Of a stretch of 64,000 nucleotides of DNA, positions 1-11,935 are shown piece after piece. The translations under genes and the position numbers were made by a program. The notes beneath the pieces were generated by a model, which was not told the DNA's origin, did not search any database, and worked only from the letters and a program-made list of their open reading frames with translations. Numbering within the stretch: the first letter of the stretch is position 1; every line of letters begins with the position of its first letter. Origin of the DNA: Methanobacteriota archaeon (GTDB lineage Archaea; Thermoplasmatota; Thermoplasmata; RBG-16-68-12); NCBI GenBank assembly GCA_020029475.1, contig JAIBJG010000005.1:13169-77168 (forward strand), read 5' to 3'.

Positions 1-166
1 GCCCGACACCCTCAAGACCGGCGACGCCGCGATCGTGAAGATCCGGCCGACGAAGCCCATGGTCATCGAGAAGGCCAAGGACTTCCCGCAGCTAGGTCGC
101 TTCGCCATCCGCGACATGGGGCAGACGGTCGCGGCGGGAATGTGTATCGATGTGGAAAAGCGCTGA
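1..166 (+). CDS. tuf: translation elongation factor aEF-1alpha, C-terminal fragment (5' partial)
   Basis: Frame from nt 2 reads ...[54 protein letters not shown] with TGA at 164-166. [11 protein letters not shown] is the conserved a/eEF1A C-terminal motif, and the gene precedes rpsJ as in archaeal str/S10 clusters. Confidence 0.9.
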   Translation, partial: PDTLKTGDAAIVKIRPTKPMVIEKAKDFPQLGRFAIRDMGQTVAAGMCIDVEKR

Positions 167-206
167 ACTCCCTCCCCCTTTTCATCCCTCGTTTTGGTGG
201 TGTTGA

Positions 207-518
207 ATGGCTCAGCGGGCGCGGATTTCGCTGAGCGGGACGGACCCGAAGAAGGTCGACAACGTCTGCCAGCAGATTAAGACGATCTCGGAGCGGACGG
301 GGGTCGCGATGAGCGGGCCGATCCCGCTCCCGACGAAGCGCCTGATGGTGCCCGTGCGGAAGTCCCCGGACGGCGAGGGGTCGGAGACGTGGGACCGCTG
401 GGAGATGCGGATCCACAAGCGGCTGATCGACCTCGACGCGGACGAGCGCGCATTGCGCGCGCTGATGCGGATCCAGGTCCCGGACGGCGTGAACATCGAG
501 ATCGTGCTGCGGTCGTGA
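207..518 (+). CDS. rpsJ: 30S ribosomal protein S10 (uS10)
   Basis: 103 aa: [18 protein letters not shown]...[30 protein letters not shown], a typical archaeal S10 sequence and length, immediately downstream of aEF-1alpha. Confidence 0.9.
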   Translation: MAQRARISLSGTDPKKVDNVCQQIKTISERTGVAMSGPIPLPTKRLMVPVRKSPDGEGSETWDRWEMRIHKRLIDLDADERALRALMRIQVPDGVNIEIVLRS

Positions 519-561
519 GCGCGCCAAGCCTATATTCGGCGGGCCTCTATCCCTTCTCCAC

Positions 562-633
562 GGGCCGGTAGATCAGCGGAAGATCGCCTGCTTTGCAAGC
601 AGGAAGCCCTGGGTTCGAATCCCAGCCGGTCCA
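562..633 (+). tRNA. tRNA-Ala (anticodon UGC)
   Basis: The cloverleaf was folded by hand: acceptor GGGCCGG/CCGGTCC, anticodon stem CCTGC/GCAGG with loop TTTGCAA (anticodon TGC), T-arm CTGGG-TTCGAAT-CCCAG. G3:U70 wobble (G564:T630) is the Ala identity element; no CCA is encoded. Confidence 0.85.
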
Positions 634-755
634 TCCCCAACAGGGTTGGATTACAGAGCCGGTGGCGATTCCGGTGAGTAGAGGTATCGCCCTGCCGCAG
701 ATCATGCGGAAGAGCGAGGGTTGGAGTCCATGGAGCCAGTCCACGAACCGATTCC

Positions 756-911
756 TTACTTCCCCTGCTCCTCGAGGCAGCAGTCCGTCACTTGGACGGT
801 CCCGTCCGCGGTGACGGTGACCTTGATCGAGTTCGCGGTCCGGTTCGTGACGCGGACGCCGCCAATCGCGACGGTGTCCTTCGAAGCCACTCGCCGAGAC
901 CTGCCGGGCAC
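756..911 (-). CDS. hypothetical small protein (51 aa) immediately downstream of korB
   Basis: GTG start 10 nt after the korB stop, in the same frame: VPGRSRRVASKDTVAIGGVRVTNRTANSIKVTVTADGTVQVTDCCLEEQGK*. GC3 is about 88%, like real genes here, but the opposite-strand frame is also open, so coding status is uncertain. Confidence 0.2.
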   Translation of the reverse strand: MPGRSRRVASKDTVAIGGVRVTNRTANSIKVTVTADGTVQVTDCCLEEQGK

Positions 912-920
912 GAGGACCCC

Positions 921-3864
<2,944 letters not shown>

Positions 3865-4125
3865 CTCACCCGTGGGGCCGACGGCGTCCTGATGTGGACG
3901 GATCGATCGGCCCCCCGGTGGCTCCACAAGACTAAAGGGCGAGAGGTAATCAAACCTTCTAATTCGATTCCGGGATCGCGGACGGAAGGCGGAGAGACGA
4001 TTTCCTTCGATGCTCCCGGGCGGGGCCCCGGAAGCGGTGAAATTCGAACCCTCAAGTTCTTATAGCTAGACTCCGTGGCTACGGCCGTTGGCCCCTGAAG
4101 GGGCTGACACAGTGAGTGAGTAGAA

Positions 4126-4299
4126 ATGGACAGAGACAGAGGCGGCGGCGGCAGGCGATTCGACCGCGGGCCCAGGGAGATGCACGACGTGGTTTGCTCC
4201 GATTGCGGAAAGCAGACCCAGGTGCCCTTCAAGCCCGACGGGACAAGACCTGTCTACTGCCAAGAGTGCTTCCAGAAGCGGCGCCCGCGGCGGTTCTAA
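4126..4299 (+). CDS. small RGG-rich zinc-ribbon protein (57 aa), CxxC-x18-CxxC
   Basis: ATG at 4126 gives MDRDRGGGGRRFDRGPREMHDVVCSDCGKQTQVPFKPDGTRPVYCQECFQKRRPRRF*. It is absent from the six-frame track (below the length cut-off); high GC3, with a T-rich tract downstream. Confidence 0.5.
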   Translation: MDRDRGGGGRRFDRGPREMHDVVCSDCGKQTQVPFKPDGTRPVYCQECFQKRRPRRF

Positions 4300-4368
4300 A
4301 CCGGACAAGGGCCAAGGAACGACTTCGAAACCCTTTCCGGCTCCGACGCCCGCGTGCGGCCGGGGCGA

Positions 4369-4385
4369 TTCTTTCTTTCGTTTTC
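4369..4385 (+). terminator. oligo-T tract (ttctttctttcgttttcc), candidate archaeal terminator after the zinc-ribbon gene
   Basis: Archaeal termination typically occurs at T-rich tracts; this is the only T-rich run in the 140-nt spacer before the next gene. Confidence 0.25.
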
Positions 4386-4438
4386 CAGGTGAGCGGGAGC
4401 GCCGAACGTCCAAATACCGCAGGGGCGCTCCAGCCCGC

Positions 4439-5170
4439 GTGGACGAGATCGAGGTCGGCCCAGGCGTGTCCGTAACCCGCCACTTCGCCCTCCTGCTCGA
4501 GGACGAGGGCGCGGTCGCGATCAGCGACCTCCACCTCGGGTTCGAGGCGGCCCTCGCGGAGCAGGGGGTGTCGATCCCGCGGTTCCAGCGGCGGGAGATC
4601 CTGGAGCGGCTCGCCCGCCTCCTCGACGCGTACGAGCCCGAGAGGCTGATCATCGCGGGGGACTTCAAGCACGAGTTCTCGAAGAACCTCTCGGACGAGT
4701 GGGTGGAGATCAAGCAGGTCCTGCGGTTCCTCCAGCAGCGGACGGAGCCGATCGTCGTGCGGGGGAACCACGACAACTTCCTCGCGACGATCCTCGGCGA
4801 CCTGAGGATGACCCTCCACGACCGGTACGACCTGGGCGGGTACACGTTCGTCCACGGCCACGAGGAGGTCCAGGCCCTCGGGACGATTGTGATGGGCCAC
4901 GAGCACCCCGCCGTGAAGCTGCGGGATGCCCTGGGCGCCACCGTGAGCGTCCCCGCGTTCCTCGTGGCGGAGCGGGTGATCGTCCTCCCCGCGTTCAGCC
5001 CCCTTGCCCTTGGCGTCAATGTCGCGAGCTATCCGTACCTATCCCCGATCCTCAACGCGATCGACGTCGACGGGGCCCGGGTCATCGGGGTCGACGAGAA
5101 GGGGGGGCTCCTGGACTTCGGTCGGGTCGGGGACTTGCAGGCCGCGGACGCAAGCCTTCTCCTCCGGTGA
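4439..5170 (+). CDS. metallophosphoesterase (calcineurin-like, ICC/SbcD-related archaeal phosphoesterase)
   Basis: ISDLHLG...IIAGDFKHEF...VRGNHDNF...FVHGHEH motifs (D-x-H, GD, GNH(D/E), GH). GTG start. Confidence 0.8.
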   Translation: MDEIEVGPGVSVTRHFALLLEDEGAVAISDLHLGFEAALAEQGVSIPRFQRREILERLARLLDAYEPERLIIAGDFKHEFSKNLSDEWVEIKQVLRFLQQRTEPIVVRGNHDNFLATILGDLRMTLHDRYDLGGYTFVHGHEEVQALGTIVMGHEHPAVKLRDALGATVSVPAFLVAERVIVLPAFSPLALGVNVASYPYLSPILNAIDVDGARVIGVDEKGGLLDFGRVGDLQAADASLLLR

Positions 5171-5274
5171 AGGAGCCTTTCGGTACACATCTGTCCGAGT
5201 CCGCTGTGGCATCGAATCAACGTCGATAACCGCCCACAAGCCATAAAGCGGACGCCGAACGCACAGGCCCTCTG

Positions 5275-8200
5275 TTGACTCCGACTGTCGGGGGTTCTCC
5301 CGCTCGCCGACGCGGCGAACGGTACGTTGCCGTCCTTGCCCTGATCGTCCTCCTCGCGCCAGGCCTCCAGGGGGCGAGACCTTCCGCGGCCGCGGGCGGG
5401 ACTTCCTCGATCATGGCGGGCCCTCCAACGACGATTGTCCTGCAGCCGGACGGGGCGAATGGGACGGACACGGCGATCGAGCGCTCGACCCCCGCATGGA
5501 ACTTCGGGGACAGTGCGACCCTCTGGGTCGGACCCGATCCCGGGACCGGGGGACTCGCCCGCTCCCTTCTGCGGTTTGACCTGAGCGCACTGCCGCCCGC
5601 GACAGACGTCGTCAACGCGTCCCTCGAACTGTTCGAGACCGCGGGGGGCATGGGGTCCGTGGACGTTCGCCGCGCGTCCGCACCGTGGACGGAAGGGGAT
5701 GGAGACCGCGCCTGGAGTCGGGTCCCAATCCTGGTCCGCGAGACCGCGGGAGTCCGCCGCGTGCGGGAGCCCGTTGAGGTCGACCTCGATTTTGCGCTCG
5801 GCTCCATCGGCGACCCCGCGCGCGACCTCCGGGTCTGGCTCGACAGGAGGGAGGTCCCTTCGCAGGTGTATGCGACCCGATACAACGGAACCGGGGTGGC
5901 CTCAGCACGCGTCGTATTCGGGGCGAGCCTCCTGCCTTTCGAGAACCAGACGTTCGTGATCACGTACAGCACGAACGAGACGGTCGTCCCCCCATACCGC
6001 GGGAAGGGAATGGGGTCGGCGGCCCTCTGGACCTCCCCACCGGTCGGGTCCGGCGCCTCCGGGGTGAGCGTCGCCGATGTGGACGGCGACGGGGAGCTCG
6101 ATGTCGTGTACGGTACCGCGACCGGGTACGTGCACGACCTCTACCCGAACGGGACGACCCGATGGTCGACCCGCCTCTCCACGACGAACTCTGTGCCGTA
6201 CACGCCCCAGCTCGCCGATCTCGATGGGGACGGGACGATCGACATCGTGGCGATTACGAACGACCCCGCCCTTGTCCGCCTGAACGCGACGGGGAGCGTG
6301 CAATGGACCGCCCCGATGTCGGTTCCGGACCTCCCGTTGTCAACGCCAACCCTTCTGGACGTGGACGGGGACGGCGTCCTCGACATCCTCCTAGGCCGGA
6401 GGTCGAAGGCGGTCGACGCGTTCAGCGGAACGGACGGGGCGTTCATCCGGACGTTCCCCGCAGGGGACTGGGCGTACACCGCCAGCATCTTCGATCTCGA
6501 TGGAGACGGCGTCGGCGAGATATTCTTCGCGAGCGACGACCGGAACGTCCACACGTACGACGTGTCCGGAACACCCCTGTGGACGAACGCGCCCGGGAAC
6601 GCCTCGTTTCTCGAGAGCTCGGTCGCGATCGGGGACGTGAACGGGGACGGGTTCGCGGACGTCGTCGCGGGGGACGACCTGAACATCGGCGAGCAGTTCG
6701 CGCTGAACGCGACGGACGGGAGCGTGCTCTGGTCCGTGGCCGTCCCGGACTACCGGGAAGGCGGTCAGACCTTGGCGGACCTCGATGGAGACGGCCGGCT
6801 CGAGGTCGTACTCGGCCTCCATGTCGGTACCGTTCGCGCTCTCAGCGGCGCGAACGGAACGACCCTCTGGTCCTATCCCGGAGGGACGAGCCAGGCAGTC
6901 GCGCCCGCAATCGTCGACGTCACGAACGACGGGGCCCCGGAGATCCTGTACATGGACGACGGGACGACGATCCGAGTCCTGAACGGAACAGGGAGGCTCG
7001 TCCACTCCTGGAACATCGTTGCCAACAACCCTGGGCTTCGGACCCTGACGCAACACCCCATGGCCACACCGGCAGTCGTGGATCTCGACGGGGATGGCAC
7101 GCTCGAGGTCGTCGTGCCGACGGGAGGCGGAGTGCAGGCGTTCGGAACCGGCGGACTCGGGCGCGACTGGCGCACGTACGGGTACAACTGGAACCACACG
7201 CACCTCGCGGGGGACGGGACCTCCCCGGACGGAGCGCCGCTCCTCCAGGCGGGACCGGGAACCCCGGTCGAGGTGCCCGCCTCCGGGGCCTCCTGGGTGT
7301 ATCGCGATGGCGTGACGCGGTGGCTCTCGCCGGGCGGGGACGCCCTTGCGCCCGAGGCCTCCGCCCCCGCGCAGCCCGCATGGACCGCATGGAACGTCCG
7401 GGCCCTCGTCCGCGACTGGGTCACGGGCGCCTTCCCGAACGTGGGACTCGTCCTGGCGGATTCGGACGAAAGTACAGGAGCGAGCCACGGATACTCCAGT
7501 TCGGACTCGCCGAACGCCTCTGCGCGGCCCCGACTCGTGATTACGTACACCCTCCCGAGTACCGATCCCACCCCGCGGATCGTCGCGGCGATCCCGGCCA
7601 TCGTGCGAACGGAGGATAGCCCCCCGGTCGCCGTGAACCTCTCCGCATTCGCCGCAGACGACGATACCCCCCCCGGCCTCCTGCGGTGGAATGTAAGCGG
7701 GTATGATCCCGGGGTCGTCCGGATCACGGGGACGGGCGCGCTGGGGAGCCAAGTCCTCACGTTCTACCCGCAGAAGGACGCCTGGGGAAGCCGTCGGGTC
7801 ACGTATTGGCTGACGGACCCAGAGGGGCACATCGCGTCCGCGGAGTCTTGGCTCAACATCACCCCCGTGAACGACCCGCCCACGTTCGACCCGCCCGCGA
7901 CGTTCGTGGTACGATACAACGCGTCGTACGCGTTCGACTTCGGTCCGTATATCGGGGACGTGGACAACCCGCGGTCGGAACTTTCGCTGGCCACGGACGA
8001 TCCCGTCCACACCTCCGTCTCTGGATTCACGGTCACGTTCCTGTACCCGCGGACCTACCTCGACCAATGGGCGTTCGTCGGAATCGTGGCGAGCGACGTC
8101 GAGGACTCCGTGGGGAAGGTCGTCGCGGTGCGGATCACGACCGACACCCCGCCGGCGCTCGTGCGAAGCCTCCCGGACCTCACGATGTTCGAGGGCCAGT

Positions 8201-9750
8201 TCCTCCTAGGCGTCTTCGATCTGGACGACTACTTCACGGACCCGAACAACGATTCCCTGTTCTTCTCCTTCGGCTACTCCCACCTGACGATCGCCATTCA
8301 CGCGAACCATTCCGTGGACATCCAGGCCCAGTCGAATTGGTTCGGTGTCGAGCCCGTCACGTTCCGCGGGACGGACCCCCAGGGGGCGATCGCCGAGGAC
8401 ACGATTGCCGTCACCGTGATCGCGGTGAACGACCCGCCAGTCCTTGGCGCGTTGCCCGACCTAGGCGTCCGGTACGACGCGGCGTACCCGTTCAATCTCG
8501 AGCCGTACATCTGGGACCCGGACACCCCGATCGACGGGATTTCGGTGGTCGTCTCGAACCCTTATGTGAGCGTCTCCGGCCGGCTCCTCGTGCTCCTGTT
8601 CCCGGTCGCCCTGAACGGGACCACGCAGCCCCTCACGGTCACGATCTCCGATGGTCTTGCGAACGACTCCCGCACGATCAGTGTAACGGTCAGCGAAAAC
8701 TGGCCCCCAACGGTGCGGGCCAAGGTTCCCGACGCCACGTTCCTCGAGGACAGCGTCCTGAACGGTGCGTACGACCTCACGACGTACTTCGCGGATGTGG
8801 ACAACACTCCGCTGTTCTACAGCTCAGGGAACGTGAACGTCCTCGTGTCCATCAATCCCTCGGGGATCGTCGATCTGAGGGCGGCGGCGGACTGGTTCGG
8901 GGCGGAGCAGGTGACGTTCCGGGCCACGGACACCCTCGGGGCACTCGCCGAGGACTCCGTCTGGATCCGCGTGCTCCCCGTGGACGACGCGCCGGGGTTC
9001 GCCACCGTCCCCGAGGTCCGGCTGGACCAGACCGCGGCCTACGTCGACCTCCGGCCCTACCTGTTCGACGTCGACACGAACGTGTCCGACCTCATCCTCG
9101 TCACCTCGAGTCCGCACGCGACGATCGTCGGTCAGGGGCTCCTGCTGAACTACTCGGGCGATGCGGTAGAGGACGTGGAGGTCATCGTCAGCGACGGGAC
9201 CCTCACGAACCGGACGACGGTCCACGTGGTCGTCACGCTGGTCGGAGCGCAGGAACGGCTCCCCGGATATCTGTACTGGGTCCCCATCCCGATTCTCGCC
9301 GCCGGGTCGATCGGGTTCATCCTGTACCGTCGGCGTCAGGTGGAATGGGCCCTGCTCGTGACGAACTACGGACTCCTCGTCGGGAGCGTGTTCCGGGGGG
9401 ACCCGACCGTGTTGGACACGGACGTGATGTCCGGCATGCTCACGGCGATCCTGAACTTCGCGAAGACGAGCTTCTCGGACGAGAAGGTGCGGGAGATCGA
9501 TGAAATCACCCTGGGGGACCGGAGGGTGTCGATCGTACGCGGTTCGATGGCGTACCTTGCGGTTGTCTATCAAGGCCGCGCGCGGGGCTACCTCCCGCGG
9601 ATCTCAAAGTCTCTTCTCAACCGCATCGAGGCGGAGTACCCGGAGGCTCTCGGCACCCTCGTCGACAGCTCGAAGGCGAAGGCGATTCCGGTGCTCCTCA
9701 AGCAGTTCCTCGACCGGGCGTGGTGGCCGCTCCTGAAGTTCAACAACTGA
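5275..9750 (+). CDS. giant surface protein (1491 aa): signal/TM, DNRLRE-like domain, FG-GAP/beta-propeller repeats, ~5 tandem ~95-aa VNDPP (cadherin-like, tandem-95-type) repeats, TM helix, cytoplasmic alpha/beta domain
   Basis: N-terminus: RYVAVLALIVLLAPGLQGA, then DNRLRE-like ...ARSLLRFDLSALPPATDVVNASLELFE. At least eight D(V/L)DGDG..(D/E)(V/I)V FG-GAP blades. Repeats bounded by VNDPPTF / TDTPPAL / VNDPPVL / ENWPPTV / VDDAPGF. TM is YWVPIPILAAGSIGFILYRRRQ, followed by a ~140-aa C-terminal domain. The only in-frame start before the N-terminal hydrophobic segment is TTG at 5275. Confidence 0.8.
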   Translation: MTPTVGGSPARRRGERYVAVLALIVLLAPGLQGARPSAAAGGTSSIMAGPPTTIVLQPDGANGTDTAIERSTPAWNFGDSATLWVGPDPGTGGLARSLLRFDLSALPPATDVVNASLELFETAGGMGSVDVRRASAPWTEGDGDRAWSRVPILVRETAGVRRVREPVEVDLDFALGSIGDPARDLRVWLDRREVPSQVYATRYNGTGVASARVVFGASLLPFENQTFVITYSTNETVVPPYRGKGMGSAALWTSPPVGSGASGVSVADVDGDGELDVVYGTATGYVHDLYPNGTTRWSTRLSTTNSVPYTPQLADLDGDGTIDIVAITNDPALVRLNATGSVQWTAPMSVPDLPLSTPTLLDVDGDGVLDILLGRRSKAVDAFSGTDGAFIRTFPAGDWAYTASIFDLDGDGVGEIFFASDDRNVHTYDVSGTPLWTNAPGNASFLESSVAIGDVNGDGFADVVAGDDLNIGEQFALNATDGSVLWSVAVPDYREGGQTLADLDGDGRLEVVLGLHVGTVRALSGANGTTLWSYPGGTSQAVAPAIVDVTNDGAPEILYMDDGTTIRVLNGTGRLVHSWNIVANNPGLRTLTQHPMATPAVVDLDGDGTLEVVVPTGGGVQAFGTGGLGRDWRTYGYNWNHTHLAGDGTSPDGAPLLQAGPGTPVEVPASGASWVYRDGVTRWLSPGGDALAPEASAPAQPAWTAWNVRALVRDWVTGAFPNVGLVLADSDESTGASHGYSSSDSPNASARPRLVITYTLPSTDPTPRIVAAIPAIVRTEDSPPVAVNLSAFAADDDTPPGLLRWNVSGYDPGVVRITGTGALGSQVLTFYPQKDAWGSRRVTYWLTDPEGHIASAESWLNITPVNDPPTFDPPATFVVRYNASYAFDFGPYIGDVDNPRSELSLATDDPVHTSVSGFTVTFLYPRTYLDQWAFVGIVASDVEDSVGKVVAVRITTDTPPALVRSLPDLTMFEGQFLLGVFDLDDYFTDPNNDSLFFSFGYSHLTIAIHANHSVDIQAQSNWFGVEPVTFRGTDPQGAIAEDTIAVTVIAVNDPPVLGALPDLGVRYDAAYPFNLEPYIWDPDTPIDGISVVVSNPYVSVSGRLLVLLFPVALNGTTQPLTVTISDGLANDSRTISVTVSENWPPTVRAKVPDATFLEDSVLNGAYDLTTYFADVDNTPLFYSSGNVNVLVSINPSGIVDLRAAADWFGAEQVTFRATDTLGALAEDSVWIRVLPVDDAPGFATVPEVRLDQTAAYVDLRPYLFDVDTNVSDLILVTSSPHATIVGQGLLLNYSGDAVEDVEVIVSDGTLTNRTTVHVVVTLVGAQERLPGYLYWVPIPILAAGSIGFILYRRRQVEWALLVTNYGLLVGSVFRGDPTVLDTDVMSGMLTAILNFAKTSFSDEKVREIDEITLGDRRVSIVRGSMAYLAVVYQGRARGYLPRISKSLLNRIEAEYPEALGTLVDSSKAKAIPVLLKQFLDRAWWPLLKFNN

Positions 9751-9751
9751 G

Positions 9752-9782
9752 CGTCTTCGTTCGTTCCATGAAGACGGTCTTC
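9752..9782 (+). terminator. hairpin/palindrome just after the giant gene stop (cgtcttc-N11-gaagacg; gaagacGgtcttc)
   Basis: A 7-bp inverted repeat starts 2 nt after TGA (9748-9750), overlapping a perfect 6+1+6 palindrome. No strong oligo-T follows, so the terminator role is tentative. Confidence 0.2.
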
Positions 9783-9963
9783 CGCCGAGGCCGGGAGGGT
9801 TCGTCGGTGCCGTGGTGAGGAGGGGGACTTCGCCCGAGACCCCGTGACCGGTTCGGTATCCCCCCGCCATCAACGGTCTTTTTCAGACGTGACCCGTTTC
9901 CGTGGGCATCACAGCTTGTGCCGCAAAGGTCAATACGGCTCCCTTCATTCGCAGCGTCCGAAG

Positions 9964-10956
9964 GTGAGCCGAGTGCGGATCTCCGTCGGCAAGCTCCGCG
10001 GCCTCCAGCAGATCTCGGGCGAGACGGGCCGCTTCACGATGATCGCGATGGACCAGCGTGGGAGCCTCCAGAAGATGCTCCACCCGGAGAACCCCAAGGC
10101 CGCGACCTACGCGGAGATGGAGGCCGTGAAGCTCGGGGTCACGGAGGGGCTCGCCCGCCACGCGAGCGGGTACCTCCTCGACCCGGAGTACGGCGCCGCT
10201 CCCGCGATCAACAGGTTCGTCCTCCCCGGAAGCACGGGCCTCCTTGTGGCCTTGGAGACCTCCGGGTACGAGAAGAGGGGGAATTGGCGGCTCACGACCC
10301 TCCTCGGGGACTGGAACGTGGAGAAGGTGAAGCGGCTCGGGGCGAGCGCCGCGAAGCTCCTCGTGTTCTTCAACCCGGATGCCCCCCGGGAGATCGTCGA
10401 TCATCAGGTGGGCGTCGTTCGAACGGTCGCGGACGAGTGCCGCCGCCTCGACCTCACGTTCGTCTGCGAGCCGATGTCGTACCCCGTGGACGAGAGCGAA
10501 GAGGACTTCGCCCGCCACAAGGCGGACACGATCATCCGCACCGCGGAGATCCTGAGCCCGCTTGGCCTCGACGTCCTTAAGGCAGAGTTCCCGGGGGACC
10601 CGAAGGTGACGCCGGACCCGGAGGAGCTCCGGAAGAATTGCGAGCGGCTCACCCGCGCGACGAAGGTACCGTGGGTCGTCCTCAGCGCCGGCGCGGACTT
10701 CGACGTCTTCCACAAGCTCGTCGACCTCGCGTGCCGCGGCGGGGCTTCCGGCTTCCTCGCCGGCCGCGCGATCTGGAAGGATGCGTTCAAGGAGAAGTCC
10801 CTCGAGAAGCAGCTCGCGTACATCCGGACCCAGGGCGTCCGGAACTTCCAGGCCCTCGCGGACCTCGCGCACGCGCACGCGATCCCGTGGTGGGACTTCT
10901 ACGGCGGGAAGGAGAAGCTCCGGGACCGCTTCGAGGGCTGGTACGCGAAATACTGA
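9964..10956 (+). CDS. class I aldolase of the LacD (tagatose-1,6-bisphosphate aldolase) / DeoC family
   Basis: Matches LacD landmarks: MIAMDQRGSL (AFDQRGAL), YLLDPEYG (LLDPEYG), LVALETSGYE, AKLLVFF, DVLKAEFP (DVLKVEVP), VVLSAGADF, GFLAGRAIW (GVLCGRATW). GTG start at 9964 chosen by alignment to LacD N-termini; the track ORF begins at 9844. Confidence 0.8.
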   Translation: MSRVRISVGKLRGLQQISGETGRFTMIAMDQRGSLQKMLHPENPKAATYAEMEAVKLGVTEGLARHASGYLLDPEYGAAPAINRFVLPGSTGLLVALETSGYEKRGNWRLTTLLGDWNVEKVKRLGASAAKLLVFFNPDAPREIVDHQVGVVRTVADECRRLDLTFVCEPMSYPVDESEEDFARHKADTIIRTAEILSPLGLDVLKAEFPGDPKVTPDPEELRKNCERLTRATKVPWVVLSAGADFDVFHKLVDLACRGGASGFLAGRAIWKDAFKEKSLEKQLAYIRTQGVRNFQALADLAHAHAIPWWDFYGGKEKLRDRFEGWYAKY

Positions 10957-10969
10957 GGGGGGACGCGGG

Positions 10970-11863
10970 ATGGACGTCACGCTTGCGGAGCACGCGGCGG
11001 CGGTGGACCGCGACCTCTCCACCCTCCTCGCGAGGTTCGCGGGCCTCGTGACCCGGATCCGGAAGGAGCTGCCGATCCGGCGGGACCCGACGCCGAACCG
11101 GAACGTCTACGGCGAGCAACAGCTCGAGCTCGACCTCTGGATGAACGACCTGTTCATCTATGCGTCCCGGGAGTCCCGGCTCGTCTCCCAGGTCGCCTCC
11201 GAGGAGATGAAGGAGGCGAGGGAGCTCGGCCGCGCGCGCTTCTCCCTGGTCCTCGATCCCCTCGACGGCTCCTCGAACGTGAAGTCGAACAACATCTTCG
11301 GGACGATCTTCGGGATCTTCGACGGCGCCCGCCTGCCCGCCCGGGGCTCTGAGCTGTTCGCCGCGGGCTACCTGATCTACGGCCCCGCCACGACCCTCGT
11401 GTACGCGGCGGACGGGAAGGTCCACGAGTTCGTCCAGGGCGCGGGGGGCCGCCCGGAAGAGTTCTTCCTGATCCATGAAGACATCCAGCTCCCGCCGAAG
11501 GGGAAGCTGTACGGGGTCGGCGGCCACCGGGAGCAGTGGATCCCACAGGTGAAGGCGTTCGTCGCCGAGCTCGAGCGGGACCTGATGAACCTCCGGTATG
11601 GCGGGTCGTTCGTCGGGGATTTCAACCAGATCCTCCACTACGGCGGGTTCTTCGCGTACCCCGCGCAGGTGGACAAGCCGGCGGGGAAGTACCGCCTCCA
11701 CTTCGAGGCGAACCCGATCGCGTTCATCGCGGAGGCCGCGGGCGGGGCGGGGACGACGGGGACGGAGCGGATCCTGGACGTCCCCCCGACGGGGATCGAC
11801 CAGACCGTGCCGACGTACGTCGGGAACCGGGACCTCGTGGAGCGGTTCCGCGCGAAGTTCTAG
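10970..11863 (+). CDS. fbp: fructose-1,6-bisphosphatase, class I
   Basis: 297 aa with the DPLDGSSN metal-binding motif, GYLIYGPATTLVY and HFEANP, typical FBPase I. ATG lies 14 nt after the aldolase stop. Confidence 0.9.
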   Translation: MDVTLAEHAAAVDRDLSTLLARFAGLVTRIRKELPIRRDPTPNRNVYGEQQLELDLWMNDLFIYASRESRLVSQVASEEMKEARELGRARFSLVLDPLDGSSNVKSNNIFGTIFGIFDGARLPARGSELFAAGYLIYGPATTLVYAADGKVHEFVQGAGGRPEEFFLIHEDIQLPPKGKLYGVGGHREQWIPQVKAFVAELERDLMNLRYGGSFVGDFNQILHYGGFFAYPAQVDKPAGKYRLHFEANPIAFIAEAAGGAGTTGTERILDVPPTGIDQTVPTYVGNRDLVERFRAKF

Positions 11864-11935
11864 GCCCGCGTTCGTACAAAGTCGTCACCAGAATCTTCAA
11901 GTGCGCGCCGACCTTCGTCGCGTCCCGGGGTATCC

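Noticed and set aside
63-527. 154-aa minus-strand ORF overlapping the EF-1alpha C-terminus and rpsJ
   Set aside because: Antisense to two strongly supported conserved genes. R/P-rich low-complexity translation typical of spurious frames in GC-rich DNA.
4030-4110. tRNA-like fragment ggtgaaattcgaaccc in the OFOR/zinc-ribbon divergent spacer
   Set aside because: Could not be folded into a cloverleaf on either strand (no complementary T-stem or acceptor). Likely a chance TTCGAA match. A short GCCCC-TGAA-GGGGC hairpin nearby is probably 5'-UTR structure.
5612-9573. Numerous 60-560-aa ORFs inside/antisense to the 5275-9750 giant gene (e.g. 6162-7619, 6391-8067, 7806-9503)
   Set aside because: All overlap the well-structured repeat protein and are R/G/P-rich low-complexity. 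Consequence of ~68% GC.
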